Assembly: GCA_027317865.1 (NCBI GenBank)
Contig: DAHVQG010000006.1
Location: 32,001-96,000, forward strand
Length of the DNA: 64,000 nucleotides
Direction: 5' to 3'
Source of the DNA: Bdellovibrionales bacterium
Lineage (GTDB): Bacteria > Bdellovibrionota > Bdellovibrionia > Bdellovibrionales > UBA1609
How positions within the stretch are numbered: the first letter of the stretch is position 1; every line of letters begins with the position of its first letter. Below, in pieces: positions 8,733 through 18,005 of the stretch. The notes below the pieces were generated by a model, which was given only the letters and a program-made list of their open reading frames with translations, was not told the DNA's origin and made no database searches. The translations under genes and the position numbers were made by a program.

Positions 8733-9947
8733 TTAATATGTGACATGGTGATGGAGCGATTCTTGAATCCTCGGATCCCTTATAGGCACCAAATTGTGTC
8801 GACTCAAAAACCGGCTGACTGCAAATAGAAACAATCCCAAAAAACCGGCAAACAAACAGACTTCATAGGGGTCAAAAACCGGTGCTTGTTTAAAATAAGC
8901 CGGGTAAACCAACCAATAAAGGTCGATGTATTGCATAAATAAAATCCAAATCGATACCGCAACCAAGTGCGTAGGATTACGCTTCGCCCACCTCGGGAGC
9001 AGGGCCAAAAACGGCACAATAAATTTACCAATCAGCAACAAAAGTGAAATCGGTATCCATAATCCTTCTGTACGAGGAATTATAAAACTGGTTTCAATCG
9101 GAATGTTCGCATACCAAATCAACATATATTGTGCATAAGCGATGTAGGCCCAAAACACGGTGAACGCGAAAAGAAATTTACCGAGGTCGTGCAAATGGTC
9201 TTCTGTAACGTAGCCGTTCAAGCAGTTATGCTTTTTTAGATAGAGGACGATCAAAATTGTAAATGCCATTGTGGCCTGAAACAACCCGGCAAAGGTGTAA
9301 ACACCAAATACGTTACTACTCCAGTCCGGTTGCACGCCCATAATAATGTCGATGCTAAAAACAGAATATGACAAAGCGAAGAAAAACAGGAACCCAACCG
9401 CGATTTTAACGAGCCTGTTCGTTATATTATCGTCACCAGTTTCATCTTGTTTTACCGATTGCCCGATCATTATTTTCGAAAATAAAATCCAGCCCACAAA
9501 ATAAATGATCAAACGAATGACAAATGATGTTGGGCTCAAATAAGCGGTTCGTTCAGCTAACATCGGGTCTGCCGCCACTTTAGCTTTATCAAACCATTCA
9601 AATAGTTTTGGCGCTCCGAACAAAAGACCTACGGCCCCCACTGCGGCATAGGGTAAAAATGCCGAAAATGCTTCGACTAATCTGCGAATATTTACGCTCC
9701 ATCCAGCTTTAGTGACGTGCTGAACGGCCGTGAAAAATAAGCCGCCGAGGGCCAACGTGGTGAAATAAAAGAAGGCAACCAGATAAGCAATCCACATGCG
9801 CTGCGGATCACGCATCAATCCGACAACCAAACCCGCAGCACCGATAAACATAAGTATTGAAAAAATCGTTTTCAGTTGGGTGGTAAAAATAAACTGGCCG
9901 GGCCCGGCTGGAGATCTTCCGTCCACTTTGCTCGCCGATTCTGACAT
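8733..9947 (-). CDS. actF: Alternative complex III membrane subunit ActF
   Basis: About 10 TM segments, AGWSVNIRRLVEA, HLHDLGKFLFAFTVFWAY..YAQYMLIWYANIP; last gene of the act cluster. Confidence 0.9.
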   Translation of the reverse strand: MSESASKVDGRSPAGPGQFIFTTQLKTIFSILMFIGAAGLVVGLMRDPQRMWIAYLVAFFYFTTLALGGLFFTAVQHVTKAGWSVNIRRLVEAFSAFLPYAAVGAVGLLFGAPKLFEWFDKAKVAADPMLAERTAYLSPTSFVIRLIIYFVGWILFSKIMIGQSVKQDETGDDNITNRLVKIAVGFLFFFALSYSVFSIDIIMGVQPDWSSNVFGVYTFAGLFQATMAFTILIVLYLKKHNCLNGYVTEDHLHDLGKFLFAFTVFWAYIAYAQYMLIWYANIPIETSFIIPRTEGLWIPISLLLLIGKFIVPFLALLPRWAKRNPTHLVAVSIWILFMQYIDLYWLVYPAYFKQAPVFDPYEVCLFAGFLGLFLFAVSRFLSRHNLVPIRDPRIQESLHHHVTY

Positions 9948-9988
9948 TTGATTTCGCCCTCGCTTCTTTCAAAAATTATTTCGTCGTC

Positions 9989-10591
9989 TTATTTCGCCGT
10001 CGATTTGCTCTTTGCTGCTTTGTTTTGCAAATAACGCACATAATTTACGATCGCCCAACGATCCGACGTTTTATATATTTGCGTATCGTAGGGTTGCATA
10101 ACCCCATATCCATCGGTAATGACGCCATAAATATAGCCGTCTTTAAGTTTTTGGATATTAGCGGCCAATAGATTTACCGGCTTAATCGGCATATATTTCG
10201 CAACCGTACCGTCGCCTTCGGCGTTTAACCCGTGGCATGGCGAGCAGTAAATATCAAAACGATTTTTACCCCGCACGAGCGTGCTTTTAAATTTCGCACC
10301 GGCATACGGGTTGATCAGTTTTTTTGCGGCCATATCAAGGTCGTCATGGTAAGGATACGGTTTGAACCCACGTGGAATCGTATGTGCCGGTGGCACCATC
10401 TCTTCAGGAGCATGGCGTTTTGAGTCCCACGATTGCGATTTAAGAGCGGGTTGATCCATCATGCCTTGGATAAGTTCAATATTGGTTTGATTTTTGCCAC
10501 CGTTACAAGCCGTGAGCGCCGCAGCGCCTGCAACAATAACGAATACACGAAAAAAAATGCGACAAATTTTAAAATGCTTTTTCGTGCTCAT
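9989..10591 (-). CDS. actE: Alternative complex III monoheme cytochrome c lipoprotein ActE
   Basis: Lipobox LTAC, single CSPCH, MMDQP and DRWAIVNYVR motifs. Confidence 0.9.
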   Translation of the reverse strand: MSTKKHFKICRIFFRVFVIVAGAAALTACNGGKNQTNIELIQGMMDQPALKSQSWDSKRHAPEEMVPPAHTIPRGFKPYPYHDDLDMAAKKLINPYAGAKFKSTLVRGKNRFDIYCSPCHGLNAEGDGTVAKYMPIKPVNLLAANIQKLKDGYIYGVITDGYGVMQPYDTQIYKTSDRWAIVNYVRYLQNKAAKSKSTAK

Positions 10592-11142
10592 TAAAACTCC
10601 GTCCTTCTCACGTCTTTCGCCCCGAGACTTTTAAACAACTGTTCAACTCGAGCGACGTCGCCACTTTTTTCGGGCACAAAAAGCGCAAATTTGTGCGAAG
10701 TCAAATCCGGATCAATAATTGGCGGATTTACCTTCGGGAGGCCAGTAATAAGAAATAGCGATGCCACGGTAACCAAAGAACCTATTAAAATAGTGAGCTC
10801 AAAAATTTCGGGGATAAACGCCGGCAATGACCACATCGGTTTACCACCGACCAAAACTGGCCAGTCAACGGCGGATGTCCACCAAGTAAACCAAACACCG
10901 AATGCACAGCCAGATAGGCCGGCCAAAAAAGTTATATACGGAATGTACGAGCGCGGAATATTCATCGCTTCGTCGATGCCGTGCAAAGGATAGGGGCTGA
11001 TCGCTTCAAATTTTTTAAAACCCGCTTCACGAGTCTTACGGGCGGCTTCGACTAATTCGTGCTCGTCGTTCCAAATTCCAGCAACGCCTTTCTGGCCACG
11101 GCTGGTTAGTACGTCTTCAATTTTAGATATTAAATCAGCCAT
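10591..11142 (-). CDS. actD: Alternative complex III subunit ActD (DUF3341-like)
   Basis: SPYPLHGIDEA, two TM helices, VDWPVLVGGKP, PAFIPEIFELTIL. Start moved to ATG 11142 with a GGAGG SD. Confidence 0.9.
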   Translation of the reverse strand: MADLISKIEDVLTSRGQKGVAGIWNDEHELVEAARKTREAGFKKFEAISPYPLHGIDEAMNIPRSYIPYITFLAGLSGCAFGVWFTWWTSAVDWPVLVGGKPMWSLPAFIPEIFELTILIGSLVTVASLFLITGLPKVNPPIIDPDLTSHKFALFVPEKSGDVARVEQLFKSLGAKDVRRTEF

Positions 11143-12496
11143 GCTGTTCCTCCGCTTCATGACCGACGGATATAATAGGTTTCGTTTCCGCTATTGAAAT
11201 TGTCGGCAGTAGCCGTGTGTAGAGTAAGAATATGGTAAGGAACATTCCAAACGAGCCGAAAATCGCTCCCCAATCGTAAAATGTGGGGTGCCAGATATGC
11301 CAAGCCGACGGCATAAAGTCATGGTGGAGTGACCCGATATCGATGATAAATCGCTCGTACCACATTCCAATATTTATACAGATTGAAATGATAAACATCG
11401 CGATTATGTTCGTTCGAATATATTTAAACCAAAGCATTTGCGGGATTAATACGTTACATCCAATCATGAAACCCCATGCCCACCAATATGGACCTATAAT
11501 CCGGTTCACAAATATGAATCGTTCAACCGCGTCGCCGGAGTACCATGCAAAGAAAAATTCAGACAAATACGCATAGCCAACTAGTAAGCTCGTCAGCATA
11601 ATGATTTTACACATGTTCTCCATGTGGTGCATGGTCACGTAGTCTTTAAATCCGGGTATCACGGCTCGTAACAAACACATAATCGTCACGACCATCCCAA
11701 ATCCTGAAAAAATGGCACCGGCCACAAAGTACGGTGGAAAAATCGTCGCGTGCCAACCGGGTAGCTGTGAAACAGAAAAGTCAAACGACACTATCGAGTG
11801 AACGGACAAAACAAGAGGCGTTGAAAGCCCGGCAAGCAGCATATACGTCATCTCGTAGTGATTCCAATTTCGGGCGGTTCCGCGCCAACCCATGCTGAGC
11901 GCACCGTAAATGCGTTTTCGCCAAATATTGCGGGCGCGATCGCGAATAGTCGCGAGATCAGGAATCAAACCGACGTACCAAAAAACGATTGAAACCGTCG
12001 CATACGTTGATACAGCAAAGACATCCCAAATGAGCGGAGAACGGAAATTCACCCACAGCGGACCACGTTGGTTCGGATAGGGCAATAGCCAGTACGCAAG
12101 CCAAGGACGTCCAGTATGCAAAATCGGGAAAACTCCTGCGGTCATGACGGCAAAAACCGTCATCGCTTCGGCGGTTCGCGCAATACCTGTGCGCCATTTT
12201 TGCCTAAACAAAAATAGGATGGCGGAGATCAACGTACCGGCGTGGCCAATACCGATCCAAAACACGAAAGTAACGATATCCGTCCCCCACATATTGGGAT
12301 AGGAGATACCCATCATCCCCATCCCGTAAGCCACGATCATGCTCTGAATGAAAATGTAGAAAATGAATAAGCATACGGCGGCAGTAAATAGTACGTAAAA
12401 TCGTCTTGGCGGAAATTTTTCGACAAGACCGCATATATCTTCCGTGACGTCTTTAAGCGATTTTTTGCCTAAAACCAGCGGTTCGCGCGAAATCAT
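11135..12496 (-). CDS. actC: Alternative complex III quinol-binding subunit ActC (NrfD/PsrC family)
   Basis: FVFWIGIGHAGTLISAIL, WVNFRSPLIWDVFAVSTY, TPLVLSVHSIVSFDF, PGWHATIFPPYFVAGAIFSG. Confidence 0.95.
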   Translation of the reverse strand: MISREPLVLGKKSLKDVTEDICGLVEKFPPRRFYVLFTAAVCLFIFYIFIQSMIVAYGMGMMGISYPNMWGTDIVTFVFWIGIGHAGTLISAILFLFRQKWRTGIARTAEAMTVFAVMTAGVFPILHTGRPWLAYWLLPYPNQRGPLWVNFRSPLIWDVFAVSTYATVSIVFWYVGLIPDLATIRDRARNIWRKRIYGALSMGWRGTARNWNHYEMTYMLLAGLSTPLVLSVHSIVSFDFSVSQLPGWHATIFPPYFVAGAIFSGFGMVVTIMCLLRAVIPGFKDYVTMHHMENMCKIIMLTSLLVGYAYLSEFFFAWYSGDAVERFIFVNRIIGPYWWAWGFMIGCNVLIPQMLWFKYIRTNIIAMFIISICINIGMWYERFIIDIGSLHHDFMPSAWHIWHPTFYDWGAIFGSFGMFLTIFLLYTRLLPTISIAETKPIISVGHEAEEQHG

Positions 12497-15400
12497 ATGT
12501 ACCTACCTTCATAGAAGTCCGCATCCGTTTCGGGTTTCAATTTATCTGTGTTACGAATTTTGCTCGCATATCGAACAGCAGGCCGCGTGTTAAGATCGAC
12601 CAGCACCTCATAATGCCTTGGATCTTTTAAGAGCTTACTCACGCGCCAATTGGGATTATTCACGTCACCAAACACAATCGCCTTAGTCGGACATGAAGCT
12701 TCGCACGCCATTTTAATTTCACCGTCTTGAACTTCACGATGATTAATCTGCGCTTGAACCTCGGCGAATCGAATACGCTGAACGCAAAACGAGCATTTTT
12801 CCATCACACCACGTGAGCGTACTGTCACTTCAGGGTTCAGTTGCATCTGTAACGGAGACGCGACCAGATCCGGATGCATGCGTCCATAGTTGAACCAATT
12901 AAACCGCCGCACTTTATAGGGGCAGTTGTTCGAACAATAACGCGTTCCCACGCAGCGGTTATAAATCATCGAATTGAGACCTTCATCATCGTGCATGGTT
13001 GCCTGAACCGGACAAACCGTTTCGCAGGGCGCGTTGTCACATTGCATGCACAGAATGGGAATATGGAGACTGTCCGGATCATCCGCCGTACCGACAAAGT
13101 ACCGGTCAACACGCATCCACTGCATTTGCCGATGTTGGAGAACATAAGTTTTGCCAACAACAGCGATATTGTTTTCAGACTGACAGGCCAGAATACAGGC
13201 CGAGCAACCATTGCAACGCGAAAGATCAATCGACATTCCCCATTTATGTCCTTTATAGACATGAGGCGTCCACGACGACAGGTTACTTGGCTGTTTGATA
13301 CCTGTTGCTGGGTCTTTTTCCCATTCTTTAAGCGTGGCTTCTACGACAATTTGCCGGTCCCCGATTTGTGCACCTTCGGGAGTCAAACCATGCATTAAAA
13401 AATACCCTTGGGTGTTCGGCAGCCCTTCTTGGGTCTGAGTCATTTCAAATGTCGCGGGCACTCCCGCGTATTGTCGCCGACCGTCCGCAGCTAGCGGTAT
13501 CAGCGGATACGCGTTCACCCCCACATTATTGCCGATTTCACCGGCACGTGTACGGCCATAGCCGACGGGCATCCCTAAAACGCTATCATGTTGACCAGGC
13601 TGAATATGCACAGGAGCTTCAATGGTATGGTCCCCCACATGCAGGATCATCACTTGGCCTTCAACTAAATGTTGTTCGGATGAAAAATTTGGCGAAACCG
13701 AAATAAAGTTATCCCAGCAAATTTTAGTTACCGGATCGGGAAACTCTTGCAGCCAGGTCACGTTGGCCATTGTGCCATCTTTCATTCCGATGGTCGGGTA
13801 AAAAACCAATTCGTGATCCGCTTTGGGAGTCGCTTTGAATTCCACAACCTTTAACGCTTCAGTGCGAAATGCTCTCGGCGCATCGTTCTGGGCCCGAGCC
13901 GCCTCGGCGGTGTTGATGACTCCCGCGTGCATGGCATGAACCCATTTTGTATTTAGTTTTTTCTCAATTCTCTCCCGCACTAGAGAATAAACCGAATCCG
14001 CTTTCGCGAGCTCGCTTTTGGAATTCAGCACTTTCGCCCACGCAATGAGCGTGTCGCCAAACGCACGCGTATTGTAAAGCGGCTGAATGGTCGGTTGCTG
14101 AACGCTGTAAACTCCCTTTTGGCCCTCGGCATCACCCCAAGACTCCATCGGATGACTGTCGGGCAAAACATAATTGCAATACCAACCCGTTTCGTCGACG
14201 CGCTCACCGGTATAAATCGCCATTTCAACTTTTTGCAAAGCTTCGACAAACGGTATTTCAGACGGCGCCGCATAGGCCGGATTCACACCGTGAATGATCA
14301 AGGTTTTCACCTTGCCCGATTTCATTTCGTTTGTTAACGCCGTCAAATTCGCATCGCGACCCTGAAAACCCATGTTCGGGGAATGACTGTAGTCAATTGT
14401 CACTCCGTCGTTGCCAAGCACGGAATTTAATAGATTAGCTGCGACCTGCGATGGAATATCCATCGCACCTAAAACGAGCGACTGCCCACGATGGGACCAA
14501 AGATCATTAGCGACACGCGTGTAAACGGCGTCTTTAATCCCTGCGTTTTGCCCCGCATATCCTTTTACAATACTGACAACCGCCGGATCATTCGCGTACT
14601 TCGAAACTTTTTTATTAATAAGCAGTTCGTAAAGGACTCGCATCAGAACCGTAGTCGTATCCGACGTACGTATTCGATAGCGCATGTCCGAATTCGCACC
14701 GGTCAAAGTCATGATGGATTCAAAAACTACGAGCCGACTCATGTCGGGGCCCGGCTGGCGCGTCAGCGAAAACTCGCGACCTTGTTGGGTCGGCTGTAGC
14801 CACGTGCCTAAGAAATCATTGTTGACCGCCAAAATATATTTTGCTTTTTCGACGACGAGCCGAGGCGCCACCGCCTCACCGCCATAGCTCAATTTTTGAC
14901 CTTCACCGTAAGATTCGTCGCTCCAAGCATCCCAAACGTACATTTTTGCGCCGGCGACTTTCGCAAATTCATTCATCACATCGTTTAAGGTCGGCGAAAT
15001 AATGCTCGAGGTGAGAATCGCAACGCTGCCTTTTTTCAGTTGTTCCGTGATGTCTTTGTCAGCCTTTGGCCAATCAATTTTAAGCGTATCATGATCAGTT
15101 CTCTTTGAATTTTGCAAATTCAAAACAGGCGCATTCATTCGTCCGGGATCATAAAGTGAAAGCACGTGAGCTTGGGCTCGACCCGACATACCATTGCGGT
15201 TCATTGGATGGAGTTCGTTTCCGGTCAAATGCAGCGGACGCCCTTCGCGCGTCTTAACCACAATGCCAAACGTTTCGCTGCCATCAACAAAAGTCGACGC
15301 GTAATAATCAGGAATTCCCTCGATGACGTCGGGCGGGCGCTGTACGTAAGAAACAATTTCTTGCTCGGGCCGGCGCACGCAACCGAACGAAGCAAGCGCC

Positions 15401-15585
15401 ATGCTCGCGCCCATTAATTTTAAAAATTCACGTCTGGCCCACCCACCTTCGCCTGCGTCCGATTCGCGGAGGGGCGAACTGGCGAACTCTTCTTCGGCGA
15501 ACTTTAAGAAATCTGGATCTTGCCGCCATTGTTCAAGACTGAGCCAGTGTTTCGGGGCCGAACCTTTATCTTTTTCTGAAGCCAT
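12493..15585 (-). CDS. actB: Alternative complex III subunit ActB (Tat-exported molybdopterin-oxidoreductase-like plus Fe-S domain)
   Basis: RREFLK Tat motif followed by Cys; C-terminal Fe-S motifs CNGCSACILAC, CMQCDNAPCETVCP, CVGTRYCSNNCPY and CSFC...CEASCP. Confidence 0.93.
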   Translation of the reverse strand: MASEKDKGSAPKHWLSLEQWRQDPDFLKFAEEEFASSPLRESDAGEGGWARREFLKLMGASMALASFGCVRRPEQEIVSYVQRPPDVIEGIPDYYASTFVDGSETFGIVVKTREGRPLHLTGNELHPMNRNGMSGRAQAHVLSLYDPGRMNAPVLNLQNSKRTDHDTLKIDWPKADKDITEQLKKGSVAILTSSIISPTLNDVMNEFAKVAGAKMYVWDAWSDESYGEGQKLSYGGEAVAPRLVVEKAKYILAVNNDFLGTWLQPTQQGREFSLTRQPGPDMSRLVVFESIMTLTGANSDMRYRIRTSDTTTVLMRVLYELLINKKVSKYANDPAVVSIVKGYAGQNAGIKDAVYTRVANDLWSHRGQSLVLGAMDIPSQVAANLLNSVLGNDGVTIDYSHSPNMGFQGRDANLTALTNEMKSGKVKTLIIHGVNPAYAAPSEIPFVEALQKVEMAIYTGERVDETGWYCNYVLPDSHPMESWGDAEGQKGVYSVQQPTIQPLYNTRAFGDTLIAWAKVLNSKSELAKADSVYSLVRERIEKKLNTKWVHAMHAGVINTAEAARAQNDAPRAFRTEALKVVEFKATPKADHELVFYPTIGMKDGTMANVTWLQEFPDPVTKICWDNFISVSPNFSSEQHLVEGQVMILHVGDHTIEAPVHIQPGQHDSVLGMPVGYGRTRAGEIGNNVGVNAYPLIPLAADGRRQYAGVPATFEMTQTQEGLPNTQGYFLMHGLTPEGAQIGDRQIVVEATLKEWEKDPATGIKQPSNLSSWTPHVYKGHKWGMSIDLSRCNGCSACILACQSENNIAVVGKTYVLQHRQMQWMRVDRYFVGTADDPDSLHIPILCMQCDNAPCETVCPVQATMHDDEGLNSMIYNRCVGTRYCSNNCPYKVRRFNWFNYGRMHPDLVASPLQMQLNPEVTVRSRGVMEKCSFCVQRIRFAEVQAQINHREVQDGEIKMACEASCPTKAIVFGDVNNPNWRVSKLLKDPRHYEVLVDLNTRPAVRYASKIRNTDKLKPETDADFYEGRYI

Positions 15586-15631
15586 CCTTTTTCCCTTTAC
15601 TAATCTCTCAATTCTCTAGCTGCTCTCACAT

Positions 15632-16252
15632 TTACATATGGCAAGTTCCACAAGTCGTCGGCGCGCCGTTACGGCGGTGGCAATTCACGCACCAACCCAT
15701 TGAAAGAGGGGCGTATTGTTTGATAACCGACATCTCTTGGACTTCCCCGTGACAATACAGGCACTTGAGATCTGTTTTTCGAGTTCCCACCATAGCGGGA
15801 TCCCGCGACTGTAACTGCGCTAGCGTGGGATGGCGCCACTGTAAATCGATATGGGGAGCGTGCCAGAATTTTACGAAATCCGGCAACATGTGCACCCTCA
15901 CCCACCGAATGGGCTTATGTTGATAATAATCGTTTGTTACCTGAGCAATCCACTTGTTGGGTTTGCCGTTGTAGTTTCGCACCTGAATATGACAGTTCAT
16001 GCAAATATTAAGCGATGGAACTGTCGCGTGCCGTGAAACCTCAACGGTAGTGTGACAGTATCGGCAATCAATGCCTAACTTGCCGACGTGAACTTTGTGT
16101 GAAAATGGAATCGGTTGCGTTGGCTGGTAACCGATATCATAACCAAAAACTATTTTGTTGTTGGTCATTAAGTAAATAAAAACCGAAAGCCCTATAACCA
16201 CACAAAGAGCAAATGCGGCCCCGATTATGTGCTTCAAATTCTGACGAATCAT
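15632..16252 (-). CDS. actA: Alternative complex III pentaheme cytochrome c ActA
   Basis: N-terminal TM, QPIPFSHKVH, five CxxCH (CRYCH, CMNCH, CLYCH, CVNCH, CGTCH). Confidence 0.93.
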   Translation of the reverse strand: MIRQNLKHIIGAAFALCVVIGLSVFIYLMTNNKIVFGYDIGYQPTQPIPFSHKVHVGKLGIDCRYCHTTVEVSRHATVPSLNICMNCHIQVRNYNGKPNKWIAQVTNDYYQHKPIRWVRVHMLPDFVKFWHAPHIDLQWRHPTLAQLQSRDPAMVGTRKTDLKCLYCHGEVQEMSVIKQYAPLSMGWCVNCHRRNGAPTTCGTCHM

Positions 16253-16328
16253 GAGAATTCCCAGGCGCTGTTAAATTGTTAAAATTGTTGTGTTTGTTAT
16301 TATTAGTTTTCGACATAAGATCTGTCAC

Positions 16329-17996
16329 TCATTTATTCGCTGAACCCTTAGACTGTTTCAAACGACTTTGACGCAGCGTAATTACATAGGCCACGTACAG
16401 TAAGTGTGCGGCCACAAATGCCGACACATATTGAACGCCACCCGCGCCGAAACCATATGTGTGCAAACCCGCTCCCAATACGAAGTTCACGCCATACCAA
16501 GACATGATAACAAGTGAAAACGCAACGACTGCAGCGACGGACATGCCAAACTGTCGCAACCAACCCGCGATGCGCCCGTGCAACACGACAATGTACCCAA
16601 GGAGTGCAATCAAAGCCCAATTTTCTTTAGGATCCCAGCTCCAAAAACGGCCCCAAGAATAATCCGCCCAAATGCCACCGAGAATAATTCCAGCGGCTAA
16701 CAGTATCACGCCAACCTGAATGCTTCGGTAAATGGCATTCACGCCGTCACGAATTTGTTTTTGATATTCTTTTTCGCCCCGGATGAAGTAAAAGAGGCAA
16801 ATATCGCCAATAAAAAACGCCAAGAAAAATGCCGCATAACTTGAAACGATGATCAAAACATGAATCATCAACCAATAATTATCTCTTAAAACCGGTTGCA
16901 ATAGCTCAAGTGATGAGTCCAAAACGCTCGACGAAATATCGCAGAGCAAAAGCCCCAACGTCGCAACCATCGTCGCGCCCAGGGGCACAATAATCGACCG
17001 GTTAAACCGATATATGATCGCCGCAAAAACGATCGCCATGAACGAAACCCAAACAACGGTTTCGTACATATTCGCAACCGGCGGCCGATCTAATATATAG
17101 ATACGACAAGCAAAACCAGTAATATGAAAAATGACTGCAATGCCCGTACTGATCCACGCAAAGCGTGCCCACTTCGTCCACTGGCCAAAGTATGCAAAAC
17201 TAAACAGAATCATGGCGATGAGATAAAATACCCAGGCCCAGCGAAATGGCTGCAGATGATTGTACCAAACCTCAACATGAATTTTTCGAAAATTTGCGTA
17301 GTCGCCAAAGCGCGCGCGCACGCTGCCAATAAATGCGGTGACGGCTTGGTGCAATTGGCGTTTTGCGCTTTTCTCCGTTGTCGGGTCGTGTTTGGTTTGT
17401 GCCGTAATATATGCGATGTAAGCATTCGTGATCTTTTGAAAGCCGGCACGGTCGCTGGCGTTCATTTGCGTGAGGTCTTCCCAAGTATTTGAATTTTTTG
17501 TTGGCACGAGTCGAACAGCAAGGCCCAACCGAATGGCATGATATGCTGAAAGTTGGTCTTCTAGAGTCTCAACAGCCGTGTAAAACGGATCTAATTTTGC
17601 ATGAACATCCGTTTTATCTTTTAAATCTTGGAGCAAAAGCCCGAGCTTCGAATCGCCAAGTAGGGTGACCGGCTTGAAATACATTTGGGTGGGTTGCAAA
17701 CCGAGCGCTTTTTTCAAGGCGGCGTCGTCGATCATCACGATTTTCGAATTATCCCACGGGTCATTTGGCCCCATCGGCATAACGATCCAACTAAAAACGA
17801 CATCGACTGCGCTCTTGCCTTTATATGTCTCTTGCCCCCAAACCAAGTGCAGCATATCGCGAGCAAAAGTATCAAATGGCTTGATGCGACCGTTATCTTG
17901 CACCGGAAGGTCTCGAAGCCCGTCGGCTTTGGCCACCATCGGGAACGCAATCAGCGTCATCAAAACGAAAACTACTAACGATCGAACGACTTTCAT
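16329..17996 (-). CDS. ccsA: System II cytochrome c biogenesis protein CcsA with an N-terminal periplasmic domain
   Basis: WWD domain GGIWADYSWGRFWSWDPKENWA, HVLIIVSSY, GLHTY; N-terminal GRIKPFDT segment typical of CcsBA proteins. Confidence 0.9.
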   Translation of the reverse strand: MKVVRSLVVFVLMTLIAFPMVAKADGLRDLPVQDNGRIKPFDTFARDMLHLVWGQETYKGKSAVDVVFSWIVMPMGPNDPWDNSKIVMIDDAALKKALGLQPTQMYFKPVTLLGDSKLGLLLQDLKDKTDVHAKLDPFYTAVETLEDQLSAYHAIRLGLAVRLVPTKNSNTWEDLTQMNASDRAGFQKITNAYIAYITAQTKHDPTTEKSAKRQLHQAVTAFIGSVRARFGDYANFRKIHVEVWYNHLQPFRWAWVFYLIAMILFSFAYFGQWTKWARFAWISTGIAVIFHITGFACRIYILDRPPVANMYETVVWVSFMAIVFAAIIYRFNRSIIVPLGATMVATLGLLLCDISSSVLDSSLELLQPVLRDNYWLMIHVLIIVSSYAAFFLAFFIGDICLFYFIRGEKEYQKQIRDGVNAIYRSIQVGVILLAAGIILGGIWADYSWGRFWSWDPKENWALIALLGYIVVLHGRIAGWLRQFGMSVAAVVAFSLVIMSWYGVNFVLGAGLHTYGFGAGGVQYVSAFVAAHLLYVAYVITLRQSRLKQSKGSANK

Positions 17997-18005
17997 TGTT
18001 ACTCC

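Noticed and set aside
12874-13398. 174-aa antisense ORF in actB, and similar long antisense ORFs in gspL (39629-40168), rel (46477-47028), dut (54786-55298) and infB (61308-61781, 62262-62744)
   Set aside because: Lie largely or wholly opposite well-supported genes and have no recognisable motifs; expected from codon bias.
16137-16328. 63-aa Asn-rich ORF with CSLC starting right after the ccsA stop
   Set aside because: Overlaps actA out of frame by more than 100 nt; Asn richness reflects the AT-rich spacer; actA has its own SD.
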